Origin: Eledone cirrhosa
Taxonomy: Eukaryota
Reading direction: 5' to 3'
DNA: 64,000 bases
NCBI GenBank assembly: GCA_964016885.1
Contig: CAXHJY010000264.1
Location: 558,001 to 622,000, forward strand
The notes below the pieces were generated by a model. It ran no database searches and was not told the DNA's origin. It saw only the letters and a list, made by a program, of their open reading frames with translations. Both the position numbers and the translations under genes were made by a program. Numbering within the stretch: the stretch's first letter is position 1; every line of letters begins with the position of its first letter. Below, piece by piece: positions 39,990 to 52,700 of this stretch.

Positions 39990-40412
39990 GTGTAAAAGCC
40001 AAACTTGGTATTTCTAAGTCTGTATTCATGCCAACCTTTACCTATGGTCATGAGCCTTGGGTAATGAGAAAGAATATGATTGCAAATACAAGCGGCCAAA
40101 ATGATGTTCCTCTGAAGGGTCTCTGGAGTAATGTTACTTGATAAAATGTGTAGCTCAGAGATAAGAGAGTCAGTCACTTCAGGTAGAGCTACAACTTCAG
40201 ACATGTGATTAGAATGTCTAAAGTAAGAATTGCTGGAAAGATTTTACAGGCAAAAACAAGTAGATGTAGAAGAAGATGGTTGGATAACATCCATGAAACT
40301 AGTTTTGCTTGTGGATCCAGCTGGATCAATTAGAGACAGTTGGTTCTGACAGGACCCACAGGAAAACATGTTTGAGGACTTTGCCACCACATCCTTCCCA
40401 GGAATATGTGAG
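39990..40412 (+). mobile_element. decayed RTE ORF C-terminal fragment
   Basis: TYGHEPWVMRK, LQIQAAKMMFL, SSEIRES and RRWLDNI motifs. Confidence 0.65.
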
Positions 40413-40536
40413 CAAAGAAGTTCTAAGACAAATTAAATGAAATTATGGAATAACAGGATCGAAGGGAAGCTACTCCACTAGTTATCTCCCCTATTCAAAA
40501 CTATACGAAATAGAAAAGGAAGGAGGACAAGTTATT

Positions 40537-40839
40537 GATAACACTTTTGGCTGAATTAGGTTTTGTTGTTTTTAGCTAATTTTGAGCTGCTGATTTCAAA
40601 TATGGCATCCATTTCCCCCTAACACATCAGGCTTATCTTTCACTTGGCTATCCCATAAACAGATATTTTGTTTACCTTCCTTGTTGACCAAGTAAAAAGT
40701 TGACCATTTTCAGATCCACACAATGAAAACCTGATGTGTTAGGGGGAAATGGATGCCATATTTGAAATCAGCAGCTCAAAATTAGCTAATGACAACAACA
40801 AAACCTAAGTCAACAAAAAGTGTGTTGACCAGTGTTATC
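40537..40839. mobile_element. MITE / non-autonomous DNA transposon
   Basis: Termini GATAACACT...AGTGTTATC; perfect 60-bp inverted arms at 40572-40631 and 40730-40789; no coding capacity. Confidence 0.8.
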
Positions 40840-41259
40840 TATAAAGAGTCTCCATTGATGAGGATCATACTGTAGAGAACCCATCACTTTTAACAGTCCC
40901 ACCATGTGATAGAAAAAATAGTATTGTAATTTTTAAACTCAGCCCCAGCCCTAAATTACTCAAGAACAGGTCTCAAACCTAGGTCAGCAATTGATAAACA
41001 GAGAGGGGGAAAACAAACGCGAGTATTGAGATAAAGGAGATAAATCTAAATAATATATGAATTTACTTCCCCCACCCCCTATCAACTACCTGTTTGGCTG
41101 ACATGACCTTGCATCCCCTCCCCTGTCGTTCTTCATACAATAACACTTCACCCTCGTACATCACTTATTCCCCCCTCATAAATCAATAATGCCCCTTCCC
41201 ACTCCTGAAAATTAAGGTCATGATCCCCAGAGCAGATTAAAAACGATTGCACAGAATAA

Positions 41260-42840
41260 ACATGGGCTCTGAAAGTCGTAGTGAAGGCAACTCTTCTAGG
41301 AGGGCAGCAACTCTGATTAAAGACAACTGCACGGGGTAGACGTGGGCCCTGTAAGCCATAGTGAAGACAACTTGTCTAGAAGGGCAATAACTCCCATTAA
41401 AATCTACTACACAGCCCTGTAAGTTGTAGTGAAGGCAACCTGTCTAGGATAGCAGACATTCCAAATAAAATCTAACACAGTGTTGAGGACTGTTGAGTCC
41501 AGTAAGACAACTTCTCTAGAGACAGGAATAATACCCCCATTCCAAACAATAAGATGGTTGGTGATAGGAAGGGCATCCAGCCAAAAAACCCTGCCAAAAT
41601 TATGAACAGTACGACAAATATAACTCCCACAAATTGTGTATACAGGGCTAACACTAGTCATGTTAGTGGTGTGCACTGTAGTGGGGTGGCTAGAATAGCC
41701 ATATGAGAGAACCCCTCGACTATCATCAAGCAAACGCACAACCCTTTTCCTTTTCAGATACATAAAACATATACCCAAGGAAATAGCAACTGGCAAAGTA
41801 GAATACTCAAGACTGCCACTCTTAATGTTGGCACCCTGAAAGGTAAATCAGGCCAAATTTTGGAGTGGAGAGAAGTAGACATCTGCTGTGTACAAGAGAT
41901 GAGATGGAGAGGTGCCTCAACAAGATTACTGACAGTCAAACAGCATAAATACAAGCTTTACTAGATAGGAAATGACAATGGAGTAGATGGTGTAGGTATC
42001 TTACTAGCTGAGAAATGGATAGATAAGGAGATTGAGGTAGGTAGAGTAAGTTACAGGATTATCAAGCTTAGATTAACAGTAGGAAATAGAATGATGACCA
42101 TTACATCTACCTATGTTCCACATGAAGGACTGAGTAAAGAACAAAAGACAGGTTCTATGAGGAACTTTTACAGACAACTTCAGGTACTGATAAAGGTGAC
42201 CTCATCATCCTGGCAAGCAACATCAACAGATATGTGAGGCAGTACTAGGATAGATTCAGTGGAGTTCATGGCAGCTTCTGTATGGCTCAAGAAATGAAGA
42301 GGGATTGAAACTCCTGGAATTCTGTGATGTAAATAAACTAACCATTTGCAACACGAATTTCAGGAAACCAGCCAGCCAGCCACCTTATCTTATATCAATC
42401 AGGCGAACACAAAAGCCAAATGGACTATTTACTTGTTAGATAACAAGACAAACGGACTGTAATAAATACTAAGATCTTCTATGGGAATGCACCGCTCAAC
42501 ACAAGTGATATCAAAATAAACATGAGACAGAACAAGACTCGTAGAAAAACATGGAGATGGAGGGGCTGGAAGTTAAAGGACCTCTCAGTTAAATATAAGT
42601 TTAGAAAGGTCTTACGGGATGCATTTGATGAGAGAAGTGATGAGCTAGATGACTATGACATAGAAGACAACTGGAAATGTTTGTGCTAACCTTTTGTAAA
42701 CTACTGACGTGACTTATGGCTGGAGTAGAGCACCAGCCAGTCTGTGGGTGACCTGGTGGTGGAACAGCTCAGTAGATGAAGCCATCAAAGCCAAGCCACA
42801 GGCTTGGAAAGATTGAATAAAATGGGGGTAGCAGAGACTA
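41260..42840 (+). mobile_element. decayed RTE LINE, 5' UTR plus AP-endonuclease region
   Basis: GGTTGGTGATAGGAAGGGCATCCAGCC, then ILKTATLNVGTLKGKSG, VDICCVQEMRWRGASTR, GVGILLAEKW, LLEFCDVNKLTICNTNFRKP and TWWWNSSVDEAIKAK, with many stops and frameshifts. Confidence 0.9.
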
Positions 42841-42849
42841 GTAGCAGGT

Positions 42850-43400
42850 GTCAAACACCTGTCACATATAGGACTGATTCAGCTATCGGCTGAGTCCATT
42901 GTGAAGATCATCCCGCTGTCTTCTTTCAGCTGAGAAGGGCAAGCAGCTTTCATCTGACTGGTGGTCATGGCAAAAGAGGATGTGTGGTGGATGTGTTTGA
43001 AAGGGTTGAAGTTGAGCACTTTCCTCTGCAACGAAATCCAGATTAATTTTTCAAGTTTCACTTGAAGAGGAAAATCAGGATGGAGAGGGAAGTGCTGCCT
43101 TCAAGCAGTGATGAAAGGTGGGAGGGAGCGGTGAGCATGATCTGAGTGAATGGGCCTGCTCTGAGTAAACATCTACAAATTGGAGGACAACTGGGAGGGG
43201 GGACTTGCTCTAGCAGACAGAATGACCGTGGCTTTTTATGGGCTTTCTCCACAAGTCACCCTCAGAGGTCTTCCCGTATTGAGCAATTTGTTTTGTTTGG
43301 TTTTTAAATGTTTACTTTTTGGGAGCTTTTCTTATAACCCTTTTTACACACAAACCTCACAGTATGCTGCCTTTATTGCTTGCTTAGTATATCAGCTCTG
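42850..43400 (+). mobile_element. possible L1/Tx1-like LINE 3' remnant
   Basis: Recalled similarity of LKRKIRMEREVLPSS..ERW...VNG to Tx1-like C-termini; heavily decayed. Confidence 0.35.
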
Positions 43401-43727
43401 TGTGGCTAATAATTAAACCATTATTATTGTTTCTATTATTACTTTGTCATGCAGTGTAGATGGAGTACTTAAGACATCTATCACGTTACAACAGGGACCT
43501 CATACATATAATACTTTTCTTTAACTGTGTGCAGTGGCTAACAAGGCTAAATTTTGTATGCCACCAATCCTGTAAGGTATTCCCAGGGACATTAAGTGTT
43601 GAACTTTTGATGGTATTGCCCAAATCACAACTGCTATCAGTTTCACATTAACCTCTCATGTTCCAGTCTCGTCTTCTCCACTTTCATTTCGGAGTAGTTG
43701 GTGATTTTTTCCAACCTCTTGATCAAG

Positions 43728-46700
43728 CTGGGTCAGACAGGGTGTCACACTAGGTGACCAGGTCAGACAGGGTGTCACACTAGGTGACCAGGTCAGACAG
43801 GGTGTCACACTAGGTGACCAGGTCAGACAGGGTGTCACACTAGGTGACCAGGTCAGACAGTGTCACACTAACCAGGTCAGACAGGGTGTCACACTAGGTG
43901 ACAAGGTCAGACAGTGTCACACTGTGACAACATTGAACAGTGTCAAATTATCTGACCAGGTCAGACTCGGTGTCACTAGGTAACCAGGTCAGACGGTGTC
44001 ACACTAGGTGACCAGGTCAGACTGGGTGTCACACTAAGTGACCAGGTCAGACTGGGTGTCACACTAGGTGACCAGGTCAGACTGGGTGTCACTAGGTGAC
44101 CAGGTCAGACTGGGTGTCACACTAGGTGACCAGGTCAGACTGGGTGTCACATTAGCTGACCAGGTCAGACTGGGTGTCACATTAGCTGACCATGTCAGAC
44201 TGGGTGTCACACTGGGTGTCACTAGGTGACCAGGTCAGACTGGGGGTTCCAGTAGGTGACCAGGTCAGACAGGGTATCATAGTAGGTGACCAGGTCAGAC
44301 TGGTTGTCACACTAGGTCACCAGTCAGAGAGGGTGTCACACTAGGTCAGACACTGTCATACTAGGTGACCAGGTCAGACACTGTCACACTAGGTGACCAG
44401 GTCAGACAAGGTGTCACACTAGGTGACCAGGTCAGACAAGGTGTCACACTAGGTGACCAGGTCAGACAAGGTGTCACACTAGGTGACCAGGTCAGACTGG
44501 GCGTCACACTAGGTGACCAGGTCAGACAGTGTCACACTAGGTGACCAGGTCAGACAGTGTCATACTAGGTGACCAGGTCAGGCAGGGTGTCACACTAGGT
44601 ACCAGGTCAGACATGGTGTGACACTAGGTACCAGGTCAGAGACTGTCACACTAGGTGACCAGGTAAGACTGGGTGTCACTTGGTGACCAGGTCAGACAGT
44701 GTCACACTAGGTGACCAGATGTGACGGGGTGTCACACTAGGTGACCAGGTCAGACAGAGTGTCACACTGACCAGGTCAGACAGGGTGTCACACTAGGTGA
44801 CAAGGTCAGACAGTGTCACACTATGTGACAACATTAAACAGTGTCAAATTATCTGACCAGGTCAGACTGGGTGTCTACACTAGGTGACCAGGTCAGACGG
44901 TGTCACACTAGTTGACCAGGTCAGACTGGGTGTCACACTAGGTGACCAGGTCAGACAGTGTCACACTAGATGACCAGGTCAGACTGGGTGTGACACTAGT
45001 TGACCAGGTCAGACAGGGTATCATACTAGGTGACCAGGTCAGACTGGCTGTCACACTAGGTGACCAGGTCAGACTGGGTGTCACACTAGGTGACCAGGTC
45101 AGACAGGGTGTCACATTAGGTGACCAGGTCACACTAGGTGACCAGGTCAGACAGGGTGTCACACTAGGTGACCAGGTCAGACTGGGTTTCACACTAGGTG
45201 ACCAGGTCAGACAGGTTGTCACACGAGGTGACCAGATCAGACTGGGTGTCACACTAAATGACCAAGTCAGACAGGGTTTCAGACGGTGACCAGGTCAGAC
45301 TGGTTGTCACATTAGGTGACCAGGACAGACAGGGTGTCACACTACGTCAGTGTCACACTAGGTGACCAGGTCACGCAGGGTGTCACTGTGTGACCAGGTC
45401 AGACTGGGTGTCACACTAGGTGGCCAGATGAGACAGGGTATCACACTAGGAGTTCAGGTCAGACTGGGTGTCATGCTAGGTGACCAGGTCAGATAGGGTG
45501 TCACACTAGGTGAGCAGGTCGGACAGTCTCACAATGAATGACCAAGTCAGACAGTGTCACAGTGACCAGGTCAGACTGGGTGTCACACTAGATAACCAGG
45601 TCAGACAGGGTGTCACATTAGGTGACCAGTTCACACAGGGCGACACTGACCTAGGTGACCAGGTCAGAAAGGGAGTCACTAGGAGACTAGGTCAAACTGG
45701 AGTGGGTGTCATACAAGGTGACCAGGTCAGACGGTGTCACGCTAGGTGACCAGATGTGACGGGGTGTCACACTAGGTGACAAGAACTGACGGGGTGTCAC
45801 ACTAGGTGACCTGGTCAGTCAGTGTTTCACTGTGACCAGGTCAGACTGCGTGTCACACTAGGTGACCAGGTCAGACAGTGTGTCACACTAGGTGACCAGG
45901 TCAGACTGTGTGTCACACTAGGTGACCAGGTGAGACAGGTTGTCACTAGGTGACCAGGTCAGACGGTGTCAAACTAGGTGACCAGGTCAGACAGAGTGTC
46001 ACACTAGGTGACCAGGTCACACTACATGACCAGGTCAGACAGTGTCACACTAGGTGACCAGGTCAGACTGGGTATCATACTAGGTGACAGGGCAGACTAG
46101 GTGACCAGGTCAGACAGTTTCACACTATATGACCAGGTCAGACAGGGTGTCACTAAGTGACCAGGTCAGACGGTGTCACACTAGGTGACCAGGTCAGACA
46201 GGGTGTCACACGAGGTGACCAGGTCAGACTGGGTGTCACACAAGGTGACCAGGTCAGACGGTGTCACACTAGGTGACCAGGTCAGACTGAGGGTCACAGT
46301 AGGTGACCAGGTCAGACAGTGTCACATGAGGTGACCAGGTCAGTGTCACACTAGATGACCAGGTCAGACTGTGTCACACTGTGACCAGGTCAGACTGGGT
46401 GTCACACTAGGTGACCAGGTCACACAGGGCGACACTGACCTCGGTGACCAGGTCAAAAAGAGACTCACTATGTGACTAGGTCAGACTGGACTGGGTGTCA
46501 TACAAGGTGACCAGGTCAGACGGTGTCACACTGGTTGACCAGGTCAGAGTGTGTCACTAAGTGACCAGGTCAGACTGGGTATCACACTACATTACCAGGT
46601 CAGACAGAGTGTGACATTAGGTGAGGAAGTCAGACAGTGTCACACTAGGTGACCAGGTTAGACTGGGTGTCACACTAGGTGACCAGGTCAGACAGTGTGA

Positions 46701-49700
46701 AACTAGGTGACCAGGTCTGACTGGGTGTCACAGTAGGTGACCAAGTCAGACGGTGTCACACTAGGTGACCAGGTCAGACAGGGTGTCACACTAGGTGACA
46801 TGGTCAGACTGGGTGTCACACAAGGTGACCAGGTCAGACTGAGGGTCACGGTAGGTGACCAGATCAGACAGTGTCACACTAGGTGACCAGGTCAGACTGG
46901 GTGTCACACTAAGTGACCAGGTCAGACTGTCACACTAGGTGACCAGGTCAGACTGGGTGTCACACTAGTTGACCAGGTCAGACAGGGTATCATACTAGGT
47001 GACAGGGCAGACTAGGTGACAGAGGTCAGACAGTGTCACATGAGGTGACCAGGTCAGACTGGGTGTCACATTAGGTGGCAGGTCAGACAGTGTCACACTA
47101 GGTAACCAGGTCAGACTGGGTGTCAAAGTAGGTGACCAGGTCAGATAGGGTGTCACACTAGGTGACATGGTCAGACAGTTTCACACTAGGTGACAAGGTC
47201 AGACTCGATGTCATACTAGGTGGCCAGGTCAGACAGTGTCACACTATGTGACGACGTCAGACTGGGTGTCACACAAGGTGACCAGGTCAGAGATTGTAAC
47301 ACTAGGTGACCAGGTCAGACTGGGTGTCACGAGATGACCAGGTCAGACTGGGTGTCACAGTAGGTGACCAGGTCAGACAGGGTGTCACACTAGGTGAGGA
47401 GGTCAGACAGTGTCACACTAGCTGACCAGGTCAGACTGGGTGTCACACTAGAGGACCAGGTCAGACAGGGTGTCACACTAGGTGAGGAGGTCAGACAGTG
47501 TCACACTAGCTGACCAGGTCAGACTGGGTGTCACACTAGGTGACCAGGTCAGTGAGTTTCACACTATATGACCAGGTCAGACTGGGTGTCACACTAGGTG
47601 ACCAGGTCAGACAGGGTGTCACACTAAGTGACCAGGTCAGACTGCGTGTCACACTAGGTGACCAGGTCAGTGAGTTTCACACTATATGACCAGGTCAGAC
47701 TGGGTGTCACACTAGGTGACCAGGTCAGACAGGGTGTCACACTAAGTGACCAGGTCAGACTGCGTGTCACACTAGGTGACCAGGTCAGACTGGGTGTCAC
47801 ACTAGGTGAGGAGGTCAGACAGTTTCACACTATATGACCAGGTCAGACAGGGTGTCACACTAGGTGACCAGGCCAGACAGGGTATCACACTAGATGACCA
47901 GGTCAGACAGGGTGTCACACTAAGTGACCAGGTCAGACTGGGTGTCACACCAGGTGACCAGGTCAGACTGGGTGTCACACTATGTGACAAGATCAAACTG
48001 GGTGTCACACAAGGTGACCTGGTCAGACAGGGTGTCACACTAGGTGACCAGGTCAGACAGTGTCACACTAGGTGACCAGGTCAGACGGTGTCACACTAGC
48101 TGACCAAATCAGACGGTGTCACACTAGGTGAACAGGTCAGACTGGGTGTCACACTAGGTTACCAGGTCAGATAGAGTGTCACACTAGGTGAACAGGTCAG
48201 ACTGGGTGTCACACTAGGTTACCAGGTCAGATAGAGTGTCACACTAGGTGACCCGGTCAGACTGGGATGTCACTAGGTGACCAGGTCAGACAGGGTGTCA
48301 CCATAGATGACCAGGTCAGACTGGGTGTCACAGTAGGTGACCAAATCAGACAGTGTCACACTAGGTAACCAGGTCAGATAGTGTCACACTAGGTGACTGG
48401 GGTGTCACTAGGTGACCAGGTCAGACGGTGTCACACTAGGTGACCAGGTCAGACAGGGTGTCACAGTAGGTGACCAGGTCAGACTGGGCGTCACACTAGG
48501 TGACCAGGTCAGACTGGTTGTCACACTAGGTGACCAGGTCTGACTGGCTGTCACACTAGGTGACCAGGTCAGACAGTGTCACACTAGGTGACCAGGCCAG
48601 ACTGGGTGTCACTAGGTGACCAGGTCAGACAGGTTGTCACACTAGGTGACCAGGTCAGACATGGTGTCACACTAGGTGACCAGGTCAGACGGTGTCACAC
48701 TAGGTGACCAGGTCATACAGGTTGGCAGTAGGTGACCAGGTCAGACATTGTCACACTAGTTGACCATGTCAGCCTGGATGTCACACTATATGACCAGGTC
48801 AGACTGGGTGTCACGAGATGACCAGGTCAGACTGGATGTCACACTAGGTGACCAGGTCAGACTGGGTGTCATACTAGGTGACCAGGTCAGACAGGGTATT
48901 ATACCAGGTGACAAGGTCAGACTGGTTGTCGCACTAGGTGCCCAGTTCAGACTGTCAAACTGGGTGAGCAGGTGTTACTGGGTGTCACACTAGGTGGCCA
49001 GGTCAGACAGTGTCACACTAGGTGACCAGGTCAGATAGGGTGTCACACTAGGTGACATGGTCAGACAGTGTCACACTAGGTGGCCAGGTCAGACAGTGTC
49101 ACACTAGGTGACCAGGTCAGACTGGGTGTCATACTAGGTGACCAGGTCAGTCAGGGTGTCACTACGTGGCCAGGTCAGACAGAGTGTCACACTGTGGTCA
49201 CGTCAGACCAGGTGTCACACAAGGTGACCAGGTCAGACAGTGTCACACTAGGGGACCAGGTCAGACAGGGTGTCACACTAGGTGAGGAGGGCAGACAGTG
49301 TTACACTAGGTGACCAGGTCAGACAGGGTATCACATCAGCTGACCAGCTCAGACTGGGTGTCACACTAGGTGACCAGGTCAGAGTTTCACACTATGACCA
49401 GGTCAGACAGGGTGTCACTAAGTGACCAGGTCAGACGGTGTTACACTAGATGACCAGGCCAGACAGGGTATCACACTAGATGACCAGGTCAGACAGGGTG
49501 TCACACTAAGTGACCAGGTCACACCAAGTCAGACTGGGTGTCACACTAGGTGACCAGGTCAGACAGTGTCACACTAGCTGACCAGGTCAGAAAGGCAGTC
49601 ACTAGATGACTAGGTCAAAACTGGACTGGGTGTCACACAAGGTAACCAGGTCAGACGGTGTCACACGAAGTGACCAGATGTGACGGGGTGTCACACTAGG

Positions 49701-52700
49701 TGACCAGGTTAGACTGACCAGGTCAGTCGGTGGTTGACTGTGTGACCAGGTCAGACTGCATGTCACACTAGGTGACCAGGTTAGACTGGGTGTCATACTA
49801 GGTGACCAGGTCAGACAGGGTATCATGCTAGGTGACAAGGTCAGACTGGTTGTCACACTAGGTGCCCAGGTGAGACAGTGTCACACTAGGTGACCAGGTG
49901 TTACTGCTTGTCACACTAGGTGGCCAGGTCAGACAGTGTCACACTAGGTGACCAGGTCAGACTAGGTGTCACACTAGGTGACCAGGTCAGATAGGGTGTC
50001 ACACTAGGTGACATGGTTAGACAGTGTCACACTAGGTGACCAGGTAAGACTTGATGTCACACTAAGTGACCAGGTCAGACTGGGTGTCATACTGGGTGAC
50101 CAGGTCAGTCAGGGTATCACACTAGGTGACATGGTCAGACAGCGTGTCACACTGTGATCACGTCAGACTGGGTGTCACACTAGGTGACCAGGTCAGACTG
50201 GGTGTCACACTAGGTGACCAGGTCAGATAGGGTGTCACACTAGGTGACATGGTCAGACAGTGTCACACTAGGTGACCAGGTAAGACTTGATGTCACACTA
50301 GGTGACCAGGTCAGACTGGGTGTCATACTAGGTGACCAGGTCAGTCAGGGTGTCACACTAAGTGGCCAGGTCAGACAGCGTGTCACACTGTGATCACGTC
50401 AGAATGGGTGTCACACAGGGTGACCAGGTCAGACAGTCTCACACTAGGTGACCAGGTCAGACTGGGTGATACAGTAGGTGACCAGGTCCAACTGAGTGTC
50501 ACACTAGGGGACCAGGTCAGACAGGGTGTCCCACTAGGTGAGGAGGTCAGACAGTGTTACACTAGGTGTCCAGGTCAGACAGGGTGTCACATTAGCTGAC
50601 CAGGTCAGACTGGATGTCACACTAGGGGACCAGGTCAGACAGTGTTACACTAGGTGTCAAGGTCAGACAGGGTGTCACATCAGCTGACCAGGTCAGACTG
50701 GGTGTCACACTAGGTGACCAGGTCAGACAGTTTCACACTATATGACCAGGTCAGACAGGGTGTCACACTAAGTGACCAGGTCAGACGGTGTTACACTAGG
50801 TGACCAGGCCAGACAGGGTATCACACTAGATGACCAGGTCAGACAGGGTGTCACACTAAGTGACCAGGTCAGACTGGGTGTCACACCAGGTGACCAGGTC
50901 AGACTGGGTGTCACACTATGTGACCAGGTCAGACTGAGGGTCACAGTAGGTGACCAGGTCAGACTGGGTGTCACACTAGGTGACCAGGTCAGACAGTGTC
51001 ACACTAGCTGACCAGGTCAGAAAGGGAGTCACTAGGTGACTAGGTCAAAACTGGACTGGGTGTCATACAAGGTGAGCAGGGCAGATGGTGTCACACTAAG
51101 TGACCAGATGTGAAGGGGTGTCACACTAGGTGACCAGGTCAGTCAGTGTTTCACTGTGTGACCAGGTCAGACTGCGTGTCACACTAGGTGGCCAGGTCAG
51201 ACAGTGTCACACTACGACCAGGTCAGACAGTGTCACAGTGTGTGACCAGGTCAGACTGTGTCACACTAGGTAACCAGGTGAGCAGGTTGTCACTAGGTGA
51301 CCAGGTCAGACAGGGTGTCAAACTAGGTGACCAGGTCAGACAGAGTGTCACACTAGGTGACAAGTCAGACAATGTCACACTAGGTGACCAGGTCAGACAG
51401 GGTGTCACACTAGGTGACCAGGTCAGAGTGTCACACTAGTTGACCAGGTCAGACAGTGTCACATGAGGTGATCAGCTTAGACAGTGTCAAACTAGGTGAC
51501 CAGGTCTGACTGGGTGTCACACTAGGTGGCCAGGTCAGACAGTGTCACACTAGGTGACCAGGTCACACTGGGTGTCACAGTAGGTGACCAAGTCAGACTG
51601 GGTGTCACACTAGGTGACCAGGTCAGACGGTGTCACACTAGGTGACCAGGTCAGAGTGTGTCACACTAGTTGACCAGGTCAGACTGGGTGTCACACTACA
51701 TGACCAGGTCAGACAGTGTATCATACTAGGTGACAAGGTCAGACTGGCTGTCACACTAGGTGACCAGGTCAGACTGGGTGTCACAGTATGTGACCAGGTC
51801 AGACAGTGTCACATTAGGGGACCAGGTCAGACAGGGTGTCACACTAGGTGGAGGTCAGACAGTGTTACACTAGGTGACCAGGTCAGACAGTGTTACACTA
51901 GGTGACCAGGTCAGACTGGGTGTCACACTAAGTGACCAGGAGAAACGGTGTCACACTAGGTGACCTAGTCAGACAGGGTGTCACTAGGTGACCAGGTCAG
52001 ATAGAGTGTCACACTAAGTGACCCGGTCAGAGTGGGATGTCACTAGGTGACCAGGTCAGACAGGGCGTCACACTAGGTGACCAGGTTGGACTGGGTGTCA
52101 CAGTAGGTGACCAGGTCAGACTGGGTATTATACTAGGTGACAAGGTCAGACTGGTTGTCACACAAGGTGATCAGGTCTCACTGGCTGTCACACTAGGTGA
52201 CCAGGTCAGACAGTGTCACGCTAGGTGACCAGGTCAGACTGGGTGTAACACTAGGTGACCAAGTTAGACTGGGCGTCAGACTAGGTGACCAGGTCAGACT
52301 GGGTGTCACACTAGGTGACCAGGTCAGACATGGTGTCACACTAGGTGACCAGGTCAGACTGGGTGTCACACTAGGTGACCAGGTCAGACAGGGTGTCACA
52401 CTAGGTGACCAGGTCAGACTGGGTGTCACTAGGTGACCAGGTCAGACTGGGTGTCACACTAGGTGACCTGGTCAGACAGGGTGTTACACTAGGTGACCAG
52501 GTCAGCCTGGCTGTCACACTAGGTGACCAGGTCAGACTGGGTGTCACAGTAAGTGACCAGGTCAGACTGGGTGTCACTAGGTGACCAGGTCAGACTGGGT
52601 CGCACACTAGGTGACCAGGTCAGACTGGGTGTCACACTAGGTGACCAGGTCAGACTGGGTGTCACTAGGTGACCAGCTCAGACAGTGTCACACTAGGTGA

